Origin: a virus
Lineage: Duplodnaviria > Caudoviricetes
Strand: one strand, 5' to 3'
Virus record (IMG/VR): IMGVR_UViG_3300032286_000468
Location: 1-56,522 of that record
Length of the DNA: 56,522 nucleotides
Position 1 is the first letter of the stretch; each line of letters starts with the position of its first letter. Of the stretch, positions 17,387 to 26,400 are shown piece by piece. Below the pieces are notes generated by a model, which did not search any database, was not told where the DNA came from, and saw only the letters and a list, made by a program, of their open reading frames with translations. Both the position numbers and the translations under genes were made by a program.

Positions 17387-19534
17387 ATGGCTAGAAAGAT
17401 ATTCAAAAAAGTTGGATTGAGAAGAGATAATAATCTTGGTGATTTATCAAACTCAACTGAAGCATTAAATAATCTTATAGATACGTTAGTTGATGATAGT
17501 CAAAGCACTTTTATTAGTGAAGATTTAGATTGTATTAGGGGAATATATTCTTCTGGTTTAGATAATGCTGGTTATTTGCAAATTACAGGAAGTGCAGTTC
17601 AATTTGCAAATAGTTCTGGAATCAATATACCATTTACTCCAAGAATAACATATCAAAATCGTTTAGATGGATTTAAACTATTTTCTGGTGAACCAAGATT
17701 TAGAGGGGGAAACGGATTATCGGCAAGTTATTTCAATCGAAACCAAGTATTTGAAAATACTGTGGGAATTTTTTCTGGAATACCATTTAAAACTGATAAC
17801 TTTTGGGAACAAGGAAACTTTACATATAGCGGAAAAATTACTCCAGAAAGTGTTGATGTAAATGGTGGCGTTCAATGGGAAGGATATTTTATTCCAACAC
17901 AGACTGGAGTTTATAATTTTTACATTAATAGTAGTGCTTGTTTTACTTTTGATTTTGAAACACAAGGTTATGTCAGTGGAGTTGGAACATACACAGAAAT
18001 TGCTAGAATTGGTTTGGCCAGTTCCCTATCTGCATCTGGAGCAATAGATACAAACCAAATCACTCTAACAACCGCAAGTGATACAAAATATGTTGGTGTT
18101 GGGCAAAGTGTTTCTGGTGTTGGAATTAATACTGGCAGTGTAGTTGCATCTATTGATAGAACTACTGGTGTTGTTGGTTTGACCCCACCATCAGGAAATG
18201 CAGTAACTGCAAATTTTACTAATCAGAATAAAACTTTCTTTAAAATTATTGGACAAGATACTGCGGTATCTTATTCTACATATATTTTAAATGAACAACA
18301 AAGATATAGGGTCAGGGCAAGATATTACATTCCAAGTGGCATTAATGCAATAGCAGCACAAAGAAATATAAATTTTGATTATGCTGCTCCAACTGGTGGT
18401 ACTACTGATTTACGATATACTAATTTATATTCTGCAGATTATGATTTTAGTGATGCTGCAAAAGGAGAGTTTCAAATTTTTATAGACAATTCTATAAGAT
18501 TTGGTGGTGGAACTCTTGGGGGAGTATTATCAAATAATTATGTAAAAGTCAAATCTTTAAAAAAAGTTGATATCAAATATCAACCAAAAACAACTTTAGC
18601 AGATATTACAAAAAATACAATTACTGGAACAACAACAATCAACACAAATGTTATAAGTTTATCAAATACAACAAATTTAGAAGTAGGTAATTATATTGTT
18701 GGCACAGGCATTCCAGAAAATACAAGAATTAATCAAATTTTAATTAATACTGGTATTATAATTGATACGTTAGCAACTGCTTCTGGTTCTACAAGTTTAA
18801 CATTTATTGATCATCGTGGATTTGTAAAAAAAATAGAAGGTTCTGCATCTGCAACAACTTTTACTTTATCTAGTGGTGATACTACTGATCTTAAATCCGG
18901 AATGATTTTAATTGGTGCAACTACACAATCCTATACTGGAATCACAACTACTAGTAGCACATCAACCTTTACAATTGCTCCATCTCAAACATTAGGAGCA
19001 TCAACGTATTATGTTTATCAATCTCGTGGTCTTGTTAATGAAAGTTTAAATGCATTCTGCAATAGAACAATTACAAAATGTTTAGTTGTTGCTGCCAATA
19101 CTCCAATAGGATCAACTACAATTCCTGTTGTAGACAGCACAGGAGTTTCTAATGGATGGAAAGTGCAAGGAGCATATTTTGCCAATGAAACAACTGTTAA
19201 TGGTGCTCCACCAGCAGGAAGTATAGTCATCAATCCCCCCACAACTCGTACTTTGGTTGCAGGAGCAAACTTTACAGTCACTGGCGATTCTGGCGATAGA
19301 CAACTTTGCTGCCCACCAACAGATACTTCTCCTCCATTTACTGCGACTTTGGATGGATTGGATACAGTATCTGCTGCACCAAATCTCCGAATTGAATCAG
19401 GAAACGTAGTATTTAATTTATTGAAAGCAGTTGTTTCTCCTTCAAATATTACAACTTATTCTGCTTCAAATACATCTACAAGTAGAATATCAATTCAAAC
19501 TCCTATAGGAACTTATAAAATTCTATGTGCGTAA
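17387..19534 (+). CDS. PA14-domain virion protein (715 aa), inverted relative to its cluster
   Basis: GNGLSASYFN...VQWEGYFIPTQTGVYNFYI...LNEQQRYRVRARYY is PA14-like; repeated VGxxVxGxGI beta modules. Confidence 0.65.
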   Translation: MARKIFKKVGLRRDNNLGDLSNSTEALNNLIDTLVDDSQSTFISEDLDCIRGIYSSGLDNAGYLQITGSAVQFANSSGINIPFTPRITYQNRLDGFKLFSGEPRFRGGNGLSASYFNRNQVFENTVGIFSGIPFKTDNFWEQGNFTYSGKITPESVDVNGGVQWEGYFIPTQTGVYNFYINSSACFTFDFETQGYVSGVGTYTEIARIGLASSLSASGAIDTNQITLTTASDTKYVGVGQSVSGVGINTGSVVASIDRTTGVVGLTPPSGNAVTANFTNQNKTFFKIIGQDTAVSYSTYILNEQQRYRVRARYYIPSGINAIAAQRNINFDYAAPTGGTTDLRYTNLYSADYDFSDAAKGEFQIFIDNSIRFGGGTLGGVLSNNYVKVKSLKKVDIKYQPKTTLADITKNTITGTTTINTNVISLSNTTNLEVGNYIVGTGIPENTRINQILINTGIIIDTLATASGSTSLTFIDHRGFVKKIEGSASATTFTLSSGDTTDLKSGMILIGATTQSYTGITTTSSTSTFTIAPSQTLGASTYYVYQSRGLVNESLNAFCNRTITKCLVVAANTPIGSTTIPVVDSTGVSNGWKVQGAYFANETTVNGAPPAGSIVINPPTTRTLVAGANFTVTGDSGDRQLCCPPTDTSPPFTATLDGLDTVSAAPNLRIESGNVVFNLLKAVVSPSNITTYSASNTSTSRISIQTPIGTYKILCA

Positions 19535-20452
19535 TAAAATATAATAAGTTTCGCCATTAATTACAACTGGTAATTTGTGAGTATAAGTTGTGACTGCAAC
19601 ATTTGTTGCAGACTCTGCACCAATTCCAGTGATTGTTATATCATTTGCAAAATAAAGTTCCCCAATTGAAACTGAACTACTTAAAGTTGATAAAGCAGTC
19701 CCAACTTGTGTCCAAGGATTATTATCACTTGAAAATGCACGAGTGTCACCAATAAAAATACCAGGAGATCTTGTGTCAGATAGTTGTGAAGATCCAGCAT
19801 TGAATCCTTGTGGATCATTTATTTTAATAGATCCTTCAATATTAATATCATTTGGTGATATCGTATTTTCATTTCCTTTATATTTTTTTGTAATAAAAAA
19901 TCTGGCAGTTTCGTTTGCTGCTGCTATACCATCAAAAACACTATTGATTGATGATCCACCAAGATAATTGAAATTTTCAGTGTCTTGAATGTTTGGTTTT
20001 ACTAGATTTAAAATATTTTCTTTATATACTGGATCTTTGCGAATAAAATCAAAACTTGATGATACGGAAGAAACAGTAATTGTATTTAATCCAACAGTAG
20101 ATGGAGTTGTTGACAATTTAAATCGGTTTTCGTTATTTGAATTGCAAATATAATAAGTATTATCTTTATATAAAGTAATGCCAACACCAACTGTAAGATC
20201 AGTTCTTACACCAACAACATCATCATTTGTAAATACAAATTCACTAATTGAACCGAAATAAAAATATCCACTTGATATTGCTGCACCAACAGCAGTATTG
20301 AATGATAATGTTGAAGTATTTCTTAAATTATTTTGCAAAATACGTAAATCGTTTGCAATTCCAGCACCACCAAGATTATTTAAAGCTGTTGTTTCATTAC
20401 TAGTTTCTTGTAAATTTAAATCCTGTCTAAAACCTTGATTTTTTTTTGTCAT
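19523..20452 (-). CDS. Hypothetical virion protein (309 aa) whose N- and C-termini resemble the PA14 protein
   Basis: N-terminal GFRQDLNLQETSNETTALNNL; C-terminal THKLPVVINGETYYILL. Confidence 0.6.
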   Translation of the reverse strand: MTKKNQGFRQDLNLQETSNETTALNNLGGAGIANDLRILQNNLRNTSTLSFNTAVGAAISSGYFYFGSISEFVFTNDDVVGVRTDLTVGVGITLYKDNTYYICNSNNENRFKLSTTPSTVGLNTITVSSVSSSFDFIRKDPVYKENILNLVKPNIQDTENFNYLGGSSINSVFDGIAAANETARFFITKKYKGNENTISPNDINIEGSIKINDPQGFNAGSSQLSDTRSPGIFIGDTRAFSSDNNPWTQVGTALSTLSSSVSIGELYFANDITITGIGAESATNVAVTTYTHKLPVVINGETYYILLRT

Positions 20453-20453
20453 T

Positions 20454-22883
20454 TTAGTCTAGTGCTATTGACCAACCTTTGGATCTTAAAATATCTATGT
20501 AATTGAGTGATGTTCCACTTGGAGCTGCATTTCCGCGAAGATTAATTGTAACTCCACTACGATTAATTGAATTATAATTTGTATATAAATCGGAAATTAT
20601 AGAATTAATTGCCTGTTGACTTAACAAATTATTTGCCAAATCCAAATATGCCAAACGATATAAAGAAGAGAATGAACCAGATTTATAACTTGTCAATTGA
20701 TTATTAAATAAAATCAAATAATACATATTAGGACAATCAGTAAAATCTGGAATTTCTCCAGATAACTGATTATTGTGGGCATAAAAATATGCCAAATTTG
20801 GTAAATTTGTAAATTTAGTTATTCCAGTAAATTGATTATTGTATAAAAACAAATAACTCAAAGAAGAAAGATTTTTAAATCCAGGTATATTTCCAGAAAA
20901 TGCATTATAACTACAATCCACATAATAGATATTTCTATTTGCTGCAAGATTTGGAAAACTTCCACTAAAATTATTATAATGAAGAACAATCCACGTTAAG
21001 TTAGAACAAGAAGCCAAACTAGGAAGTGCTCCTGTGGTTCTTCCATATGAAATATACCAAAGATAATAAAGATTTGGAGTATATGTAAATGCATTTGGAT
21101 GTATTGGACTGGTAAGAAGATTTCCAGACTGCAATAACATATACTGAAGATTTGGAGACTGTTCAAATGTTCTTTCTGGAATTACATAAGTATTATCACC
21201 ATTTGGATTTCCGCCAGTCAAATTAGTAGCACGAAGTTCCAAATAACTCAAACTTGCATTTGTAAATTTTGGCATTGCACCAGTCAATGGTGATGCATAA
21301 AAATATAAAGTGCTTAATGATCCACAACCATCAAATTTATAAGTTCCACCAGAAGTAAAAATACTTCCAATATTGCGATTATAATGACCGTAAAATGTAG
21401 TAAGTGATTGCTTTCCGCTTAAATTTGGACATCTTACTGCGGTGTAGTATATATTTACCGATTGTATTTTATTATTACTGGATGATATTAAATCCTCCCC
21501 ATTATACTCAAAATAATAATTACCGTTTAAACTTAATGTAATTAAATTTTCCAAATCCCTTACATTACGCTGACCAGCACCAGTATTTGTTGTTCCAAAA
21601 GCACGAAAGTCATTATTGTCTACTAAATAAGTTTCACAACTATTTGGAACATTAGGTAAAGCACAAGTATTATCACTATCATCTGGGTGAAAATATGCTC
21701 CACCACCTCTACTTAAATTTAATTCTGTTAAATTTGGAAAACGAGTTGCAATAATATTTTGCGTAATGGAACCATAGAATGTTCCGCCCATAACAAAGTT
21801 CTTAACAGTTGTAGGAATTTTGTTGATAATATTTGAATTTAAATTTCTTTCTGTTACAGTATCGCTTAAGTAAAATGGATTTTGAACAAAATATATGGAT
21901 TGAACACTTGGCGAGAAGAATGTTAGATTTGGAAAATTTCTTAAGGTATTGTATGAAAAATTTAATTTTGTAGCATTTGCTAATTTTGTAACTGGAAGAT
22001 CAGAAATATTTGCAGAATTGATAGTAATAGAAGAAATATTATCTGGATTGTAATAAAATTGAATATATCTTTCTCTTGATATGGAAGATCTATAATTAAT
22101 TGTAGAACTAGTTCCTCCCTGATTTCTATATCTTACAAAATCGTTTGCGTTTGCTGTATTAATAATTTTCCAACTTGCAGGAGTTCCACTAATTAAATTT
22201 GTTAGAGTTATAGTTGCATCTAAATTTCTGAAGAATCCAGTAAATACAAGAGGAATTCCTTTCATCGCATAAAGACTTACTGTCTGTCCGCCTATTGTGC
22301 AATTAATTTTATGAGTTGGAAATTCTGAAGCAAACTCTTTTGCTTGTGGGGTAATAGTAGTCTGCAAACGAACTTGGCCAGAAGTTGCCGGAGTTCCAAA
22401 TTGTAAAGAACCTCCAGTAATGATACCAACTCTTGCTCCATAAGAAATTGGTGATGTAGTCTCTGGTGGATTGGCACTTGAACTCCAAGCACTTACTCTT
22501 GAAGTTGAAATATCTGCGATTTTAACTGCCGCAGAAGGACCTGTTCCATCCACATAACGATAGCGAATTGCATTACCACTCAAACCACCATTAATATTTA
22601 AATTACCAAAAAGAGTTGAATCTGTTCCTGCTTTGCCAGAAAGAATATCAAGATAAGTTGCAGAATCGGATTGATAACGATCAAGAATTTTATATATTGG
22701 TTGAGATAATCTTGAAAAACTTACAAAATCATTTCTTGTTGCACCTGCATTTGAAGATCCACGAATAACATTCAAATCCAACGGAGGCAAATTCAAAGCA
22801 ATAAGTGCTTGATTTTTATTTTCTACGTCAGAAAAAAAACTTTCTACATTAAGACCAAATAGTTTAGGATTTCTTAATGCCAT
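20454..22883 (-). CDS. Leucine-rich-repeat protein with plant-specific-like LRR consensus (809 aa)
   Basis: Repeats such as LTWIVLHYNNFSGSFP, IYYVDCSYNAFSGNIP, LSYLFLYNNQFTG, LAYFYAHNNQLSGEIP and LAYLDLANNLLS; C-terminal cap LRSKGWSI. Confidence 0.8.
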   Translation of the reverse strand: MALRNPKLFGLNVESFFSDVENKNQALIALNLPPLDLNVIRGSSNAGATRNDFVSFSRLSQPIYKILDRYQSDSATYLDILSGKAGTDSTLFGNLNINGGLSGNAIRYRYVDGTGPSAAVKIADISTSRVSAWSSSANPPETTSPISYGARVGIITGGSLQFGTPATSGQVRLQTTITPQAKEFASEFPTHKINCTIGGQTVSLYAMKGIPLVFTGFFRNLDATITLTNLISGTPASWKIINTANANDFVRYRNQGGTSSTINYRSSISRERYIQFYYNPDNISSITINSANISDLPVTKLANATKLNFSYNTLRNFPNLTFFSPSVQSIYFVQNPFYLSDTVTERNLNSNIINKIPTTVKNFVMGGTFYGSITQNIIATRFPNLTELNLSRGGGAYFHPDDSDNTCALPNVPNSCETYLVDNNDFRAFGTTNTGAGQRNVRDLENLITLSLNGNYYFEYNGEDLISSSNNKIQSVNIYYTAVRCPNLSGKQSLTTFYGHYNRNIGSIFTSGGTYKFDGCGSLSTLYFYASPLTGAMPKFTNASLSYLELRATNLTGGNPNGDNTYVIPERTFEQSPNLQYMLLQSGNLLTSPIHPNAFTYTPNLYYLWYISYGRTTGALPSLASCSNLTWIVLHYNNFSGSFPNLAANRNIYYVDCSYNAFSGNIPGFKNLSSLSYLFLYNNQFTGITKFTNLPNLAYFYAHNNQLSGEIPDFTDCPNMYYLILFNNQLTSYKSGSFSSLYRLAYLDLANNLLSQQAINSIISDLYTNYNSINRSGVTINLRGNAAPSGTSLNYIDILRSKGWSIALD

Positions 22884-22884
22884 A

Positions 22885-23409
22885 TCAAAGAGTTCTCATA
22901 ATAAAGGCAAGTGCATAATATGGAGGTCTGTTTTCGTGGTATTTATCTCCACCTGTTGAATCCGATGTATATGAAGTAGCAGTCAAATTTGGGACATCTA
23001 GATCATTTCCCTGCACATCATACTTACTTGCTAAAGGTAAAGTAATGTTGTGGTTGTGGGAAGCAAGTTCTGCAATAGTAAGTTGGTGGGCAGTCTCTCC
23101 ACCAGTATTTCCTGGAGTATAATTAGAACTTAATGCTCCAGTTGTTGTGCTGAATCCTGGTCCAGCAGTAGAGGTAATACCAGTTCCAGCACCACTATGA
23201 GCACCAACAATAAATCTATTTCTTAAATCTGGAGTGCTACTGGAACCATCACACAATGCCCATCCTGTTGGAATAGATGCAATGGTCCCAGACCACATAA
23301 TTATTCCACCAACTGGAATGATTCCATTTCCAGTTAAACTATCAGAAGTGCCAATCTCTTGTATTTGATTGGCACTTGGATTTACAATTAGAGGTCTATA
23401 TGTTGCCAT
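22885..23409 (-). CDS. Phage tail-collar domain protein (short tail fibre-like, 174 aa)
   Basis: IPVGGIIMWSG...IPTGWALCDG...TPDLRNRFIVGA...TGGETAHQLTIAELASHNH...HENRPPYYALAFIMR. Confidence 0.85.
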   Translation of the reverse strand: MATYRPLIVNPSANQIQEIGTSDSLTGNGIIPVGGIIMWSGTIASIPTGWALCDGSSSTPDLRNRFIVGAHSGAGTGITSTAGPGFSTTTGALSSNYTPGNTGGETAHQLTIAELASHNHNITLPLASKYDVQGNDLDVPNLTATSYTSDSTGGDKYHENRPPYYALAFIMRTL

Positions 23410-23427
23410 TATAATTTTCCTTTTCTT

Positions 23428-23436
23428 TATTTATTA
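23428..23436 (-). promoter_or_regulatory. Late promoter TAATAAATA overlapping the stop codon of the 1637-aa gene
   Basis: About 19 bp upstream of the ATG at 23409. Confidence 0.65.
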
Positions 23437-26400
23437 TTGTTCTTTGAAGTTTATACTTGCTTCAACAGTTCCAGTGGAACCAGAATCAATCTTTTTGGCG
23501 AGAATAAAAGTTGACTCAACATTATTGTTGTCAGGTGTTATGATAGATCTATCAGGACCAAATATTTTTCTCATATTGATAGATTCTGTTGAATTTGCTC
23601 CAACATATAATGTATCTCTTTCTATATATGGTCTTAATTCTTGCTGATTTTGAATATCAATCAATGCAGAAGAAGATCTATTAATTTCTTGGAAGTTGGT
23701 TGGTGCCGCACCAGTTGGATCTGCCTTCCTATCAGCAGTAGTAACTGTACAATTATCAGAAACATACCATTTTGGGCTAATAGTTCTTTGAAAATCGCCA
23801 ATAGTTTCTTTGACACTAATATTATTGATTGCTGCATTATCTTTTAATTTTGCAACCACATATAAAGGCCAAGGATTATAATTATAAAGTTTTTGTTTGT
23901 TGATTGTAGTTCCAGTAACAGATACTGGACGAATAAGAACAGTAAAATTAGATCCAACAGATCCTAAAGATTGTGAAATTTGAATATAAGAGAATACGTT
24001 TCCTTGATTATTGGTGTAACTACTTGTAACTCCAACAAATTTAGAATTTGTAATAGTTATAGTTTCCGTAGTGGGAATTGATACGTTAGTTGCTACTAGT
24101 GGTAAACCATATCTTCCAGCAACAGCATTATAGTTTTGTGCGACTTCTGTCGCTGATAGTGCTCTGTTATATATTTGAACATTTGAAACTCTTCCGGCAA
24201 AATTTCTTTCTGCTCCACCTAAACTAAAACCCTTTCCAATTGTAACATTATTCATACCCCCAATAAATCCAGTGGGAGTTCCATTAATAATCCTACTTAT
24301 TCCAGTTGGATTTCCATTATAATAAGTAGTTGAAGTATTTGTTCCGCCATTATATGTAATTGCAGTATAATGCCAAGTATTTGCTGCTAAACCATTACTT
24401 ACAACGTTATGAGCATAAAATTGATTATTATCTCCAGTTATATTTGAATATACCCACCCCAAAGTTCCAGAACTATTCATTTCTAATCTTGGGCCAATAT
24501 TGCCGGTAGTTCCATTATATGCGTAATTACAATCAATTGGATTTTGATAGTCACTTACTGATGTTGGATAAAACCAAGTAATCACTGTGAAAGAAACAAA
24601 AGAACCCGGCAGTGCGCCAGAAGTTAAATAATCATTAGTACCATCAAAAACAATAGACCCATCATTCGCACTACTATAAGTCGGTCCATTTAATAGTGTT
24701 CCGTGATTGTAATCTCCAACCATATTCAAAAGACTTGGAAAAGTTCCAGTTTCAACTTTCAAATTAGTATAATATCTGTAACCAGTGGTATTATTGGTTC
24801 CATACCCAAGATACCAATCAAAAGCACCATTGAAATCTGATGGTGTAGTAATTGTCTGGTAACGATATTCCCAAGTTGTGCTTCCGATGGTGATTGAACG
24901 AATTAAAGTTCCTGTATCAGTTCCTGTTGCGGTATTAGCACCACTTGAGGAAAATGCTCTTGCATGAAACATTGTATCACCACCATTATAATCTGATGAT
25001 TTCGCATACCAACCACTCATCACATAGGTAGTATTTGCAATCATCCCACTATCAATATTTAACTGATATTCCGTATTGTTTCCATTTTGTCTTAATACAA
25101 AAGGACTTTCGCCAGGATTCTCAAGTTGAACAATTGTGTTGGTTGGGTTGCTATCACCCTCATTAGAAGAACCAGCACCATTCACAAAACTTCCATTATT
25201 AACTAAATTAGTAGAAACACTTGACCTTGAGTTTTCATAATTTCCAGCATCAAGATTTAGTACTAATCCATTTCCAACAATACCCACATTAACATTTGTG
25301 GTATTTCTAATTGCAATTTGTCCTCCATTAAAATCAATTGCTGGAAATGTTCCGGCAATTTCAATCCAGATTCTTCCTTGTGCATCTACCGATGGTGTTC
25401 CTGGAAGACTTGGAAGATAATTTCTTTCATTGACATTTTTTATTTCTAATGGATTCAAAACATCTACAGTAACTTTGGAACATACTCCACCTGCTGGTGC
25501 AGATAGATTTGGAATTCTATAATCAATTCCCATTCTCAGTGGTGGTTGCACAGATGCCCAAGATTCTGCAGTTTCAACTCCATTTTCATCAGAAGCAGCA
25601 TAAGAATGTGTGTGCTCTCCATATAAAATTTCAGAATTTGGAAAGACAGTTGTTGATATGCCAGCAATAAAGAATCCATTCAAAGTATTAGGAAGAGATA
25701 CATTTGGTTTTTTGTCAGTAACACCAATCAAAAAATCTGCCCAATGCGCGTAATCGTCTTGATTATTTGGATTTACAAATTGAATTTCAATTTTAGACCC
25801 ACTAAATGCAAATTCAGAAGCGGCAGTGGCATTGTAATTGCTTAAACGAATTTGATGTGGGTACGTAGTTCCAATACCAATTGTAGTTGTGATTCCCAAA
25901 ACTCTATCCAAAACTAATTCCCCTGCTATTGGTTTTGTTTCTAATGAAAAACCAGATGTACCAGCAAATCTTTTTATTACTGCTTTTTCATAAGAATTTC
26001 CAATACCAATTGGATTTGTTACATTTGTAATATATGCATTGTAAATTGAAGGCGCAATTATCTTTGCTCCAATATCATTTTCAGTAAAATAACTATCATT
26101 TAGCGAGACAATACTACTTGCTGTATCAAACACTGCATCAATATATCTACCATTTTCTGTTGTTGCTACTCCAGGAGTATAAACGTGACCAAATCCAGGA
26201 CAAGCCTTGCAAGATACAACTTTCACTTCTGTTAATGAGTCAGTGGAAACATTTAATGTTTCTGGAATAATAATTTTTTTATTTTGAATTTGAACTCCTT
26301 CACGATTTAATAGATATTCCTTTGGGCGAATTCCAATCAAAGATTTGCTACTAGTTGTTCTAATTCCTACTTGTTTGGATGATGTAGAATATATTTGAGA

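Noticed and set aside
17340-19560. Invertible (shufflon or Gin-like) segment around the plus-strand PA14 gene
   Set aside because: No invertase and no inverted repeats at both ends; the gene has its own correctly oriented late promoter.
20454-22883. LRR gene as eukaryotic contamination or a chimeric assembly
   Set aside because: It is intronless, packed 1 bp from both neighbours, has the same AT-rich composition, and shares its N-terminal motif with adjacent phage genes.
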